NCBI GenBank assembly: GCA_964648665.1
Contig: CAZYOA010000009.1
Coordinates: forward strand, 83-64,082
Direction of reading: 5' to 3'
Length of the DNA stretch: 64,000 nt
Source: an uncultured Planctomycetales bacterium
GTDB taxonomy: Bacteria > Omnitrophota > Gorgyraeia > Zapsychrales > Aceulaceae
The stretch's first letter is position 1, and every line of letters starts with the position of its first letter. Position numbers and translations under genes: made by a program. The notes under the pieces were generated by a model. That model did no database searches, had not been told where the DNA came from, and saw only the letters and a list, made by a program, of their open reading frames with translations. This document shows, one piece after another, positions 38,108 to 46,915 of the stretch.

Positions 38108-38308
38108 CTATCCTCCTCCAACAAAACTTATAATTTCAATAATATCTTCTTGTTTCACACTAAAAGAAGAAAGTTTTTCTCTGTCAACAATCACTGCATT
38201 ATGCTCCACAACAACTTTATTTTTATTTAACCCTTTTCTCTCCAAAAGCTCTAATAGTGTTGAATCAGAATCAACATCTTCCTCTTTTCCGTTAATACGA
38301 ATTTTCAT
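38108..38308 (-). CDS. thiS: Sulfur-carrier protein ThiS
   Basis: 66-67 aa with a ubiquitin-like fold pattern, ending in ...FVGGG. ATGA overlap with thiE. Confidence 0.88.
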   Translation of the reverse strand: MKIRINGKEEDVDSDSTLLELLERKGLNKNKVVVEHNAVIVDREKLSSFSVKQEDIIEIISFVGGG

Positions 38309-38946
38309 CACAATCCTCTTTTAATAATTCTTTCCTTAAATGCTTTTGTGCTTTGCACAACATCATCCGCCGCTGCAATCGCACGAATAACAGCAATGTT
38401 GCTCGCTCCTTTTTCTAGAAGAACATCAACATTTTCTAAATTAATTCCGCCGATAAAGATTACAGGTTTTTGAGCAATATCTAAAATATTTTCAACATCA
38501 TCAAACCCGATACAATAATCTTTTGTTTTTGTATGAAAAATTGGACCAAAAGCTACATAATCACAATCTATTTCTTGCGCATCTTGAAATTGCTCAATGC
38601 AATGCGTTGAAACACCAATTATTTTCTCTCTCCCAAGAATAGCTCGCACATTATCAATTGGATATTTTTTTAAATCTTCTTGCCCCAAATGAACTCCATC
38701 AGCGTTAATCTCTTTTGCTAAAAAAGGATCATCATTGACAATAAAAACAATATTATTTTCTCGACAAAGAATCAACAATTCTTTTCCAATTACAACAAGA
38801 TCATCTTTACTCTTATCTTTTTCTCGCAATTGCACAATGTCAACACCACCTAAAATTGCATCTCTAGCAACATCTAGCGTCTTCTTAGGGCTACTATATT
38901 CTTCGCCAGTAACAAAATATAAACTGTAATCTTTAATTTTTTTCAT
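38308..38946 (-). CDS. thiE: Thiamine-phosphate synthase
   Basis: LYFVTGEE...VQLREK...VHLGQEDL...IGVSTH...YVAFGPIF motifs. ATG 38946 follows the riboswitch terminator; the track start at 39051 runs through the riboswitch. Confidence 0.9.
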   Translation of the reverse strand: MKKIKDYSLYFVTGEEYSSPKKTLDVARDAILGGVDIVQLREKDKSKDDLVVIGKELLILCRENNIVFIVNDDPFLAKEINADGVHLGQEDLKKYPIDNVRAILGREKIIGVSTHCIEQFQDAQEIDCDYVAFGPIFHTKTKDYCIGFDDVENILDIAQKPVIFIGGINLENVDVLLEKGASNIAVIRAIAAADDVVQSTKAFKERIIKRGL

Positions 38947-38967
38947 AATAAAATTTATAAGGTTGAT

Positions 38968-39000
38968 AAAAAGAAAAATCCACCTCTGATCTGAAGTGGA
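38968..39000 (-). terminator. Riboswitch expression-platform terminator hairpin plus U-tract
   Basis: The minus strand reads TCCACTTC-AGATCA-GAGGTGGA (8-bp stem including one G-U), followed by TTTTTCTTTTT. Its CAGATCAG segment is complementary to CTGATCTG of the aptamer, giving an alternative pairing. Confidence 0.7.
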
Positions 39001-39009
39001 AAATAAAAT

Positions 39010-39130
39010 TCTTTTTCTCCCTACGCTGGCATTATCCAGATCAGGTAACACTTACTTTCTAAGAAGTAAGATAACGGGTCTTCTGCCTACATCGCAGCGT
39101 TCTCAGAGCGTTACGCGCACTCCCCGGATT
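39010..39130 (-). promoter_or_regulatory. TPP (THI-box) riboswitch
   Basis: The minus strand reads GGGGAGTGCGCG...CTGAGA...ACCTGATCTGGATAATGCCAGCGTAGGGA, the conserved THI-element core. It lies directly upstream of thiE. Confidence 0.9.
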
Positions 39131-39140
39131 TGTATTCTTG

Positions 39141-39169
39141 ATTAGACCACGCAAGGTCTTTTTTGTCAA
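39141..39169 (-). promoter_or_regulatory. Putative promoter of the thi operon (TTGACA-17 nt-TCTAAT)
   Basis: The minus strand reads TTGACA (39169..39164), a 17-nt spacer, then TCTAAT (39146..39141), just upstream of the riboswitch 5' end. Confidence 0.5.
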
Positions 39170-39186
39170 TAAAATTTACATAATCT

Positions 39187-39215
39187 GAGACACTCTTTGC
39201 TTTAAAGAGCGTCTC
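39187..39215 (-). terminator. Stem-loop downstream of the K/Q-rich repeat protein gene (possible terminator)
   Basis: GAGACACTCTTT-GCTTT-AAAGAGCGTCTC forms 11 of 12 pairs. The downstream U-tract on the minus strand is weak (AGATTATGTAAATTTTATT). Confidence 0.35.
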
Positions 39216-39301
39216 AAGAAATAATTTCTAATATTTATCTACTCTTGGATATTTTTTTGAATTCTATCTTGTTTTCGTTGTTCCCGAGAATCCAATTGCT
39301 T

Positions 39302-40012
39302 TTATTTTTTGTCTGTCGAAGCATCTAATTTTCTTTGCTTTTTCTTCTGAGTCGCACTAACTTTATTCTGCTTCTTTTGACGAACAGTGTCTAACTTTTC
39401 TTGTTTCCTGTCTTGAGAAGTCTGAAGCTTTTCTTGACGCCCCTGTCTTACTTCTGCCTTTTTATGATCTTTAGCCTCATCGTTATCAAGTTTCTTTTGC
39501 GTCATCATATCTTTATTTTCTTGTCGCTTTCTTTGGCGAGCTTCTTTTTTACTTTGCTTTTTTTCACGACGCATTTCTTTTTTAGATTGCTTTTTCTCTG
39601 TTACAGCACCTAGCTTATCTTGATTTTTCTTCTGAGTTGCGCTAACCTTATTCTGCTTTTTTTGACGAACAATGTCTAGATTTTCTTGTTTCCTGTCTTG
39701 AATAACCTGAAGATTTTCTTGATGCCCCTGCCTTACTTCTGCCCTTTTATGATCTATAGCCTCATCTTTATCAAGTTTCTTTTGCGTCATCATATCTTTA
39801 TTTTCTTGTCGCTTTTTTTGACGAACTTCTTTTTTACTTTGCTTTTTTTCCTGACGAACTTCCTTTTTATTTTGCTTCTCTTGTCCCCTCGCATCTAATC
39901 TTTGAAAATCATTTCCTTTTTGCCCTTGAACACTTCTTTGCGCAAAGACAGACGTTGATGTCAACGCACAAAATAGAATAACAACTAACCCAAGCAACAT
40001 TTTTCTTTTCAT
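39302..40012 (-). CDS. Secreted K/Q/R/E-rich protein with two 95-aa tandem repeats
   Basis: Signal peptide MKRKMLLGLVVILFCALTSTSVFA. The mature part is almost entirely charged or polar residues, with two long near-identical repeats. Start is ATG 40012 (TTG at 40015 in the track). Confidence 0.75.
   Translation of the reverse strand: MKRKMLLGLVVILFCALTSTSVFAQRSVQGQKGNDFQRLDARGQEKQNKKEVRQEKKQSKKEVRQKKRQENKDMMTQKKLDKDEAIDHKRAEVRQGHQENLQVIQDRKQENLDIVRQKKQNKVSATQKKNQDKLGAVTEKKQSKKEMRREKKQSKKEARQRKRQENKDMMTQKKLDNDEAKDHKKAEVRQGRQEKLQTSQDRKQEKLDTVRQKKQNKVSATQKKKQRKLDASTDKK
39311..39880 (-). repeat. Tandem direct repeat, 2 x 285 nt (in-frame coding repeat)
   Basis: Copies at 39311..39595 and 39596..39880. 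The antisense ORFs in the track at 39401 and 39686 are offset by exactly 285 nt and near-identical. Confidence 0.85.
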
Positions 40013-40039
40013 CAAGATTTCCTTTCTTTAAAAAATAAT

Positions 40040-40858
40040 TTATATTCCTACTATACAAATATTATTTTTATCAGCCAATCTTAAACAATGTTTCTCGTCG
40101 ATAATAATCGTTTTATTCGCTTCAATGGCAAGACACGAAACTTTAACTTTAGCCATATTTTTAATCGTTCTTGGTCCAATCACAGGAACATCAAATCGTA
40201 AATCTTGCTTAGGCTTTCCCGTCTTGACAACAACAGCATTCTTTTGTGCAATCTTTCCTCCGCGCAAAATTGCTTTGTCTGTTCCTTCCATAGCTTCAAT
40301 GGCCACAATTGCCTTATCCTTAACAACAACCGTTTGGCCAACATCTAATCCACCCATTTGCTTAGCAATACCTTTACCGAATTCAATATCTTCAAGCTCA
40401 CCTCGAGAAGGACCTCTTTTTGTCAAGGTTCCCTTAGGAGCAATATAGTCCTTAAGAAGCGCTGTTGAATCTAAAAGCGTCATATCTCTTTTTTCAAGAG
40501 CATCAGCCACTGCAGAAAAAATTGTATCTGCCCTGTGATCTTTTAACGCTTCAAAGAGTTTTTGAAATTCTTCATCAACAGGAAGATTCTCATCAAAAAG
40601 ATTCTTTTGGCTAACCTGTCCTGCCATTACAACTTCACCAACATTCTTAAGCTTAAAGAATTCAAAAAGTTTTTTAAGTTCTCCAGCACCAACCCAAGAA
40701 ATCTCACTAACCAAAGGTATTAAGAAAAACGATGCGTCTCCTTTAATAGCAACACAAACAACACGACGTCCTTTTCGCTTCGCTTCCATGGCAAAAAGAA
40801 AAGGAAACTTTCCATTTCCTGCAATTAGCCCAATATCTTTTTGGCAATCATCACTCAT
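40040..40858 (-). CDS. lpxI: UDP-2,3-diacylglucosamine pyrophosphatase LpxI (DUF1009 family)
   Basis: IGLIAGNGKFPF... N-terminus and GxD...IE...GTD pattern of LpxI. Located directly after lpxA. ATG 40858 overlaps the lpxA stop. Confidence 0.75.
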   Translation of the reverse strand: MSDDCQKDIGLIAGNGKFPFLFAMEAKRKGRRVVCVAIKGDASFFLIPLVSEISWVGAGELKKLFEFFKLKNVGEVVMAGQVSQKNLFDENLPVDEEFQKLFEALKDHRADTIFSAVADALEKRDMTLLDSTALLKDYIAPKGTLTKRGPSRGELEDIEFGKGIAKQMGGLDVGQTVVVKDKAIVAIEAMEGTDKAILRGGKIAQKNAVVVKTGKPKQDLRFDVPVIGPRTIKNMAKVKVSCLAIEANKTIIIDEKHCLRLADKNNICIVGI

Positions 40859-41631
40859 CAGCCACAAAGTCCTCGCTTTGAATTCTCAACAAAGCTAATC
40901 AAATGCTGTATTTCCTCTCTTAGAGAAACTTGCTTCTTAATTTCTTCAATAGCGTGACCCTTTGTTAGATCAGAAAAGAACAACAATTTAAATGCATGTT
41001 TTAAAGCCCGCACGGTATCTAAAGAAAACTTGGCGCGTTTTAATCCAACAGAATTAAGTCCATAAACACGTGCAGGATGCCCATCGCATGTTGAAAATGG
41101 CGGAATATCCTGAACAACTTTTGAACATCCACCAATAATCGAAAGTTTTCCAAGTCGAACAAACTGATGAATCGCGGTTAGACCTCCAACAACTGCACCA
41201 TCCTCGAGAGTAACATGACCAGCCAACGTGCCAACATTCGCAAGAGTACAATTGTCTCCTAAAATGCAATCATGAGCAACGTGAGAATAAGCCATCAAAA
41301 GATTATTATTACCAATCACCGTTTTCCCGCCTTCTCCTGTTCCGGGATTAACCGTAACATACTCACGAAAAATATTGTCTTCTCCAATTTCAAGATAAGT
41401 TTTTTCTTCTTTTTTATATTTTCTATCTTGAGGAATGCTTCCGATAACTACTCCTGAAAAAAGCTCACAATTTTTCCCGATAGTTGTATTGCCCTCAATA
41501 ACGCAGCTCTGCCCAACCTTAACACCATCAGATAGACAAACACTTTGTCCAATAGATGCATACGGACCAACAATAACCGTATCAGCAATCTTTGCTTGAG
41601 GGTGAATAATAGCTGTTTTGTGTATTTCCAT
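40858..41631 (-). CDS. lpxA: Acyl-ACP--UDP-N-acetylglucosamine O-acyltransferase
   Basis: IHKTAIIHPQAKI, left-handed beta-helix hexapeptide repeats and a helical C-terminal domain. Confidence 0.92.
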   Translation of the reverse strand: MEIHKTAIIHPQAKIADTVIVGPYASIGQSVCLSDGVKVGQSCVIEGNTTIGKNCELFSGVVIGSIPQDRKYKKEEKTYLEIGEDNIFREYVTVNPGTGEGGKTVIGNNNLLMAYSHVAHDCILGDNCTLANVGTLAGHVTLEDGAVVGGLTAIHQFVRLGKLSIIGGCSKVVQDIPPFSTCDGHPARVYGLNSVGLKRAKFSLDTVRALKHAFKLLFFSDLTKGHAIEEIKKQVSLREEIQHLISFVENSKRGLCG

Positions 41632-41634
41632 TAT

Positions 41635-42969
41635 TTAATTATCCAAATAAGAAACATTCATAAAAGAAAAAGCAAGCTCTGCCTCAACGACAACCTTGCC
41701 GTTAACCTTGGCAACGCCCTTAACCTGAGCAATGCGAGATTTACATCGAATCACATCAACTTCAAATACAATCTGATCTCCAGGCTCAACAACTCTTCGA
41801 AATTTAACTTTATCAATAGCCATGAAAAGAGCTAGCTTATTTTTATTTTGAGGATCAGTCAAAACAGCAATCCCCCCAACCTGAGCCATAGCCTCAACCA
41901 TTAAAACACCTGGCATAACAGGCTTCTCAGGAAAGTGACCCTGAAAAAATTCTTCATTCGCTGTAACATTCTTAATTGCAACTGCTCTTTTTCCAGGCTC
42001 AAGCTCACAAACGCGATCCACAAACAAAAATGGATAACGATGTGGCAAGATCTTTCTAATTTCACTGTTATCAAGAGCTTTTTTATTAGAAAAATCATAA
42101 CCCGAAGGAACAAATCGCTCTTCATATTTCTTTTTCTGTTCAACAATCCGCTGTAAAAGCTGTCTATTTAGATTATGACCACTCTTAATTGCAACCACAT
42201 GACCACAAATCGGCATTCCAAAAAGATATAAATCTCCAATAAAATCTAAAACTTTATGTCGAGCAAACTCTTGATCTGAACGAAGAACATTATCCTTAAC
42301 TCCATCATCTCCAACAACAAGCGTATTCGTGTAATTTGCACCTTTTCCCAAACCTTTTTCTTGAAGAGCTTTTGCTTCACTTTCAAGACAAAAAGTTCTT
42401 GAAGATGCAACTTGTTGCTCAAAAGTTTCGCTATCAATCTTTTCATTAAAGAATTGAGAAGAAAGAGCTGGATGATCATAATCAAGAGTATAAGAAATTC
42501 TAAAATTTTCTGATGGCACAACAACAATAGACGCACCATTATCTCTAACCCAAACAGGTTCTTTAATTTCAAATATTTCTTTTATCGCATCCTGTTCAAC
42601 AATGCCCGCAGTTTTCAATACTTTTAAAAACTCGATACAACTTCCATCTAAGCCCGGAAGCTCATCTCCATCAATCTCAATAATAATATTATCAATTTGC
42701 ATGCCATAAAGCGCTGCCATCACATGTTCAACAGTATGAATAATAACATCACCTTTTCCAATAGACGTGCAACGCGGCATAGCCTTATCGTCAACGATTG
42801 AATTAAAGTTAGCTTCGATAACAGGTTTTTCTTTAAGATCAATTCGAACAAACTGAATACCCGTCTCTTCACCTGCCGGTTTAAACGTAAGATTTATCTT
42901 GTTACCGGTATGAAGACCAACACCTTCAATAGAAACTTCTTTTTTAATTGTTTTTTGTTTTAAACTCAT
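41635..42969 (-). CDS. lpxC: Bifunctional UDP-3-O-acyl-GlcNAc deacetylase / 3-hydroxyacyl-ACP dehydratase (LpxC-FabZ fusion)
   Basis: The N-terminal ~280 aa are LpxC-like ([18 protein letters not shown]...[10 protein letters not shown]...GH). The C-terminal ~150 aa are FabZ hot-dog ([14 protein letters not shown]...[16 protein letters not shown]). Confidence 0.92.
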   Translation of the reverse strand: MSLKQKTIKKEVSIEGVGLHTGNKINLTFKPAGEETGIQFVRIDLKEKPVIEANFNSIVDDKAMPRCTSIGKGDVIIHTVEHVMAALYGMQIDNIIIEIDGDELPGLDGSCIEFLKVLKTAGIVEQDAIKEIFEIKEPVWVRDNGASIVVVPSENFRISYTLDYDHPALSSQFFNEKIDSETFEQQVASSRTFCLESEAKALQEKGLGKGANYTNTLVVGDDGVKDNVLRSDQEFARHKVLDFIGDLYLFGMPICGHVVAIKSGHNLNRQLLQRIVEQKKKYEERFVPSGYDFSNKKALDNSEIRKILPHRYPFLFVDRVCELEPGKRAVAIKNVTANEEFFQGHFPEKPVMPGVLMVEAMAQVGGIAVLTDPQNKNKLALFMAIDKVKFRRVVEPGDQIVFEVDVIRCKSRIAQVKGVAKVNGKVVVEAELAFSFMNVSYLDN

Positions 42970-44000
42970 GATTTGATATTTTTCTCTAAAATTATAATTC
43001 GTTTTTTAAGTTCATTAATAGTTTTGACATATCCAGGCAAACGCTGCAAAGCAGCATTTACTCTTTTAGCTTTATCGTGTGGCTTTGCAGGATAACCAGA
43101 AACAATAGTTTTTGGTGCAACAGATTTTGTAACACCTGCTTTTGCCGCAACAATGGCTCCCTCTCCAATTGTTAAATGCCCTGCAATGCCTGACTGACCA
43201 GCCAAAATAACTCTATCATTAATTATAGTGCTTCCTGAAATACCTGTCTGCGCAACAATAATACAATTTTGTCCAATTCTAACATTATGTGCAATCTGAA
43301 CAAGATTATCAATTTTTGTTCCCTTGCCAATAAATGTTTTATCGAATCGCGCTCGATCAATCGTAACGTTAGATCCAATTTCAACATCATCCTCAATAAC
43401 AACAGTTCCGACTTGAGGAATCTTTTCATGTGCTCCATCAACATCTGTAAATCCAAAACCATCAGATCCAACAACAGATCCAGAATGAACAATAACATTA
43501 TTTCCAATAAATACTCGTTCGCGAATTGTTGCGTTAGGATAAACCAAGCATGCTTTTCCTATTTTAGTATCATAGCCAACAAAACATCCGCTATAAATAA
43601 TGGTATCATCGCCAATTTCTACTTTACTCTGGATGACAGCATGCGGACCAATGCAAACATTTTTTCCCACAATAGCATCTTCAGCAATAACTGCAGTCGA
43701 ATCAATACCTTTAACATGATGCGACAAATCACCAACAGCTAGAGCTGCAACTTTTGAAAAAGCAAGTGATGGATTCTTTGTTGAAATAAGATTCTTTGCA
43801 GAACAGCAAACACCCTCAGGCACGATCACTGCCGATGCTTCTGTTTTCTCAATTAAAGGAAAGTACTTTGGGTTAATAACAAAAGTGATTTGTCCAAATT
43901 GAGCTTCTTTGATGCCAGAAATTCCCGTAATGATTGTCGTTTCATCACCGTAAACTTTACCACCAATTAATTGTGCGATTTCTAAAAGAGTCGTTTGCAT
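42966..44000 (-). CDS. lpxD: UDP-3-O-acylglucosamine N-acyltransferase
   Basis: LpxD N-domain followed by long hexapeptide repeats and a C-terminal helix; 344 aa. Confidence 0.92.
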   Translation of the reverse strand: MQTTLLEIAQLIGGKVYGDETTIITGISGIKEAQFGQITFVINPKYFPLIEKTEASAVIVPEGVCCSAKNLISTKNPSLAFSKVAALAVGDLSHHVKGIDSTAVIAEDAIVGKNVCIGPHAVIQSKVEIGDDTIIYSGCFVGYDTKIGKACLVYPNATIRERVFIGNNVIVHSGSVVGSDGFGFTDVDGAHEKIPQVGTVVIEDDVEIGSNVTIDRARFDKTFIGKGTKIDNLVQIAHNVRIGQNCIIVAQTGISGSTIINDRVILAGQSGIAGHLTIGEGAIVAAKAGVTKSVAPKTIVSGYPAKPHDKAKRVNAALQRLPGYVKTINELKKRIIILEKNIKS

Positions 44001-44014
44001 TAAAAAATCTTAAA

Positions 44015-44518
44015 TTATTTCTTTTGATTAAGAATCTCTAGAACTTGATCAGTTAAATCAAATGATTTACCACCATAAATCAAAACACGATCATTTAAGA
44101 TAATATCGTATTTTTCTTTTTCAGCATGACTTCGAACAACTTCTTCGATTTCAAGCAAAATTTCTCGAATCTTTTCATCTCGCTCTTTTCGTAAATCTGT
44201 CTGTTGTTCACGATCAAATTCGATAAGCTTATTTTTATTCTTAGAAATCTCTGTCTTTAACTTTTCTTTTTCGTCTTCTTTTAACAAAACAAGTTTACGT
44301 TCTGCTTCTTGAACTTTTTCAAGCTTCTTATTTCTTTCTTTCTGATAATCAACGCTCTTTTTTTCCAAATCTGAATCATACGAATTAGTCTTGTAGTATT
44401 GATCAAAAACTCGACTCAAATCAACATACCCAATCTTAAGTGCAGATTGTGCATAGCTTGCCGTTGTCAATAAAAGACCCAAAATAATTGCTAAAAATAA
44501 ACTGATTCCTCTTTTCAT
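44015..44518 (-). CDS. skp: Periplasmic chaperone Skp/OmpH
   Basis: Signal peptide, IGYVDLSRVF start of the OmpH domain and a long K/E-rich coiled-coil. Sits between bamA and lpxD. Confidence 0.88.
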   Translation of the reverse strand: MKRGISLFLAIILGLLLTTASYAQSALKIGYVDLSRVFDQYYKTNSYDSDLEKKSVDYQKERNKKLEKVQEAERKLVLLKEDEKEKLKTEISKNKNKLIEFDREQQTDLRKERDEKIREILLEIEEVVRSHAEKEKYDIILNDRVLIYGGKSFDLTDQVLEILNQKK

Positions 44519-44542
44519 AAAACCCTCCTTGTTCCTTAGATG

Positions 44543-46900
44543 TTAAAATGTTCGACTAATGCTAAAATAAAATTTACCTTCTCGATCCTCTTCGCCTTCT
44601 TCATCATTAAGAGGATATCCATAATCCAAATTAATCGGTCCTATTGGAGTTTTGATACGAAGACCTAAACCTGTGCCAGCTTTAAAATCTCCTGTTCCAA
44701 AATCTTCCATTTTCTTCCAAACATTACCAACATCAAAGAAAGTGGCCAACTTAATAAACTCAACAATCGGAATCGTATACTCAATGTTTCCAACTAAAAG
44801 AGCCTCGCCACCAATAGGATCACTTGTCGCTGAATCTAATGGGCCAACCTTGCGTTCATTATATCCACGAATTGTTCTTGATCCACCAGCAAAAAATCGT
44901 TCATAAATAGGAACTTCTTCTGAGTCATCATAAGCATCAGCAATTCCTGTGCGTAAACGAAATTCTAAAACATTTTCCCGGAAAAAAGGCATCAGATAGC
45001 TTGTCTTAGTTCTAAAACGATAAAAATCCTTATCTCCTCCTAAAACCCCACCTGCAAAATCAAGCGTTCCACCTAAGATTAAACCTTTTGTAGGAGCAAA
45101 AATATTATCGCGAGAATCATGTGTTAAGCTCACACTTAAAAGACTAACTGTATTTTCTCCTTTTTCTTTAGCTAGCTCGCTACTAACACCAGTGGCTAAA
45201 TTATCAATCGTGATGTCTTCTAAGCGATACATTGTTCCTGCAGATAAATATTCCGTTATTTGTTTTCCAAAACGAATATCTCCACCAACACGTTTTTCAT
45301 CATATGCATATCCTGTATCTGATTCTCGATCTGTTGATGTGCGATACAAATCAAACCCTCCAGATATTGGATAATCAAAAATCCAAGGCTCAGTAAAACT
45401 TAACCGAGCATTGTTACGAACTGATCCAGCCTCTGCTCGAATTAAAATATCTTGTCCACCACCAGTAAATGCTGGCCAATTTGTAAAATCAAAATTCTTC
45501 TGCTCTACTTCAACAAAACCAACAAGTTTATCAACGGTGCTATATCCACCACCAAAACTAAGACTTCCTGTTTTTGCTTCTTTAACCTGAACAATCAGAT
45601 CTTTTTTATCTACATAAGACGTATCTTGAATGTCATAATCAATTTCTTCAAAATAACCTAAATTCTTCAATCGCTCTTTACTGCGTCTTAGCTTTGCTCC
45701 ATCAAATGCATCGCCAGGCTTTAATCTTAGCTCTCTTCGAACAACAATATCTCGAGTTCGAGTGTTGCCCTGAATATTGATTTTATTAACATAAGCAATA
45801 TCGCCCTCTTGAATATCAAGCTGAATATCGACGTTTCCCGTTTCAGGATCTGTTGAAATAGAATCTTGAATTTGCACAAAAATATATCCTTTATCAAAAT
45901 ATCCTGAATTTATGCTTGCAAGAGCTTGACTCATCTTTGTAGGCGTAAACGTTTCTCCTGGCTTTAAATCACCAATAGATTTAAAGATTTCCTTATCTGT
46001 CAAAACTTTATCATTACCCTCAACAGCAACCATTCCAACGAAATATTGCTTACCTTCATGAATCGCAATATTAATATTTAACTTTTCCTTTAAGGTTTCT
46101 TCGATTTCGTAGCTTACTTTAGTATCAAGAAATCCATGATCCGTATAATAAGCAACAATTCTCTCCATGTCCTCTTCTAAAACATCCTGCTTTAAATATC
46201 CAGAAGTAAACAAAGAATCTGCCCGTGTTTTTATGATACGAATAATATCTTTATATCGAAAAGCTTCATTTCCAGAAATATTAATCTTTTTAATCTTAAC
46301 GCGCTTTCCTTCTTCAACAATATAATGAATCGAAACTTTGCTACTAGCATCATCAATGTCAACATCCACATCAACAACAACGTCAGTTAATCCCTTTTTC
46401 GCATACAACTCTTTAATAATTTCTTGATCTCTTTTAAAATTTTGACGATCAAAAAAACGCCCCTTCTTACTTTTAATTTTCAGTATCAAAGAGCGTGTAC
46501 TATAATATTTCGTTTTTGAAAATGTAATTTTATCAATAATCGGCTTTTCATCCAAAACAACAAGAACCTTAACGCCCCCTTGATAATCTTCTTTTTCAAT
46601 AACAACATCTGAGAAATATCCCGTATTGTATAAACGTTTAATATCATCCCCAATAATATTTGAAGAATACTGATCTCCAACACGAGTTTTAATTTTTGCT
46701 AAAATGCTTGTTGTACCAATCGTTTTATTTCCAGCAATCTCAATAGCTTTGATTATTGCTAATCCTTTTGAGACACTTTTATTCTTTTCTGCACTTAATT
46801 CAACAGATGGTGCTTCAGCCATATCGTATTGCGCAAAACAAGTCTGAATTGATGCTAGACTCACAAAACATACAACAAGCAAACAAAATATTTTTCTCAT
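44543..46900 (-). CDS. bamA: Outer membrane protein assembly factor BamA
   Basis: 785 aa with a signal peptide, repeated POTRA modules and a C-terminal beta-barrel ending in the aromatic residue (...FYFSISRTF). Confidence 0.93.
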   Translation of the reverse strand: MRKIFCLLVVCFVSLASIQTCFAQYDMAEAPSVELSAEKNKSVSKGLAIIKAIEIAGNKTIGTTSILAKIKTRVGDQYSSNIIGDDIKRLYNTGYFSDVVIEKEDYQGGVKVLVVLDEKPIIDKITFSKTKYYSTRSLILKIKSKKGRFFDRQNFKRDQEIIKELYAKKGLTDVVVDVDVDIDDASSKVSIHYIVEEGKRVKIKKINISGNEAFRYKDIIRIIKTRADSLFTSGYLKQDVLEEDMERIVAYYTDHGFLDTKVSYEIEETLKEKLNINIAIHEGKQYFVGMVAVEGNDKVLTDKEIFKSIGDLKPGETFTPTKMSQALASINSGYFDKGYIFVQIQDSISTDPETGNVDIQLDIQEGDIAYVNKINIQGNTRTRDIVVRRELRLKPGDAFDGAKLRRSKERLKNLGYFEEIDYDIQDTSYVDKKDLIVQVKEAKTGSLSFGGGYSTVDKLVGFVEVEQKNFDFTNWPAFTGGGQDILIRAEAGSVRNNARLSFTEPWIFDYPISGGFDLYRTSTDRESDTGYAYDEKRVGGDIRFGKQITEYLSAGTMYRLEDITIDNLATGVSSELAKEKGENTVSLLSVSLTHDSRDNIFAPTKGLILGGTLDFAGGVLGGDKDFYRFRTKTSYLMPFFRENVLEFRLRTGIADAYDDSEEVPIYERFFAGGSRTIRGYNERKVGPLDSATSDPIGGEALLVGNIEYTIPIVEFIKLATFFDVGNVWKKMEDFGTGDFKAGTGLGLRIKTPIGPINLDYGYPLNDEEGEEDREGKFYFSISRTF

Positions 46901-46915
46901 AAGTATCCTCTCCGT

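Noticed and set aside
38947-39051. 5' extension of the thiE ORF to 39051 (MLPDLDNASVGRKRILF...)
   Set aside because: The extension is translated straight through the TPP riboswitch aptamer and its terminator hairpin. ATG 38946 gives the canonical ThiE N-terminus.
39311-39880. Possible CRISPR array or non-coding satellite, suggested by repeated antisense ORFs
   Set aside because: There are only two copies of a 285-nt unit, with no short repeat/spacer alternation. The repeat is in frame inside a signal-peptide-bearing ORF and preserves the protein sequence.
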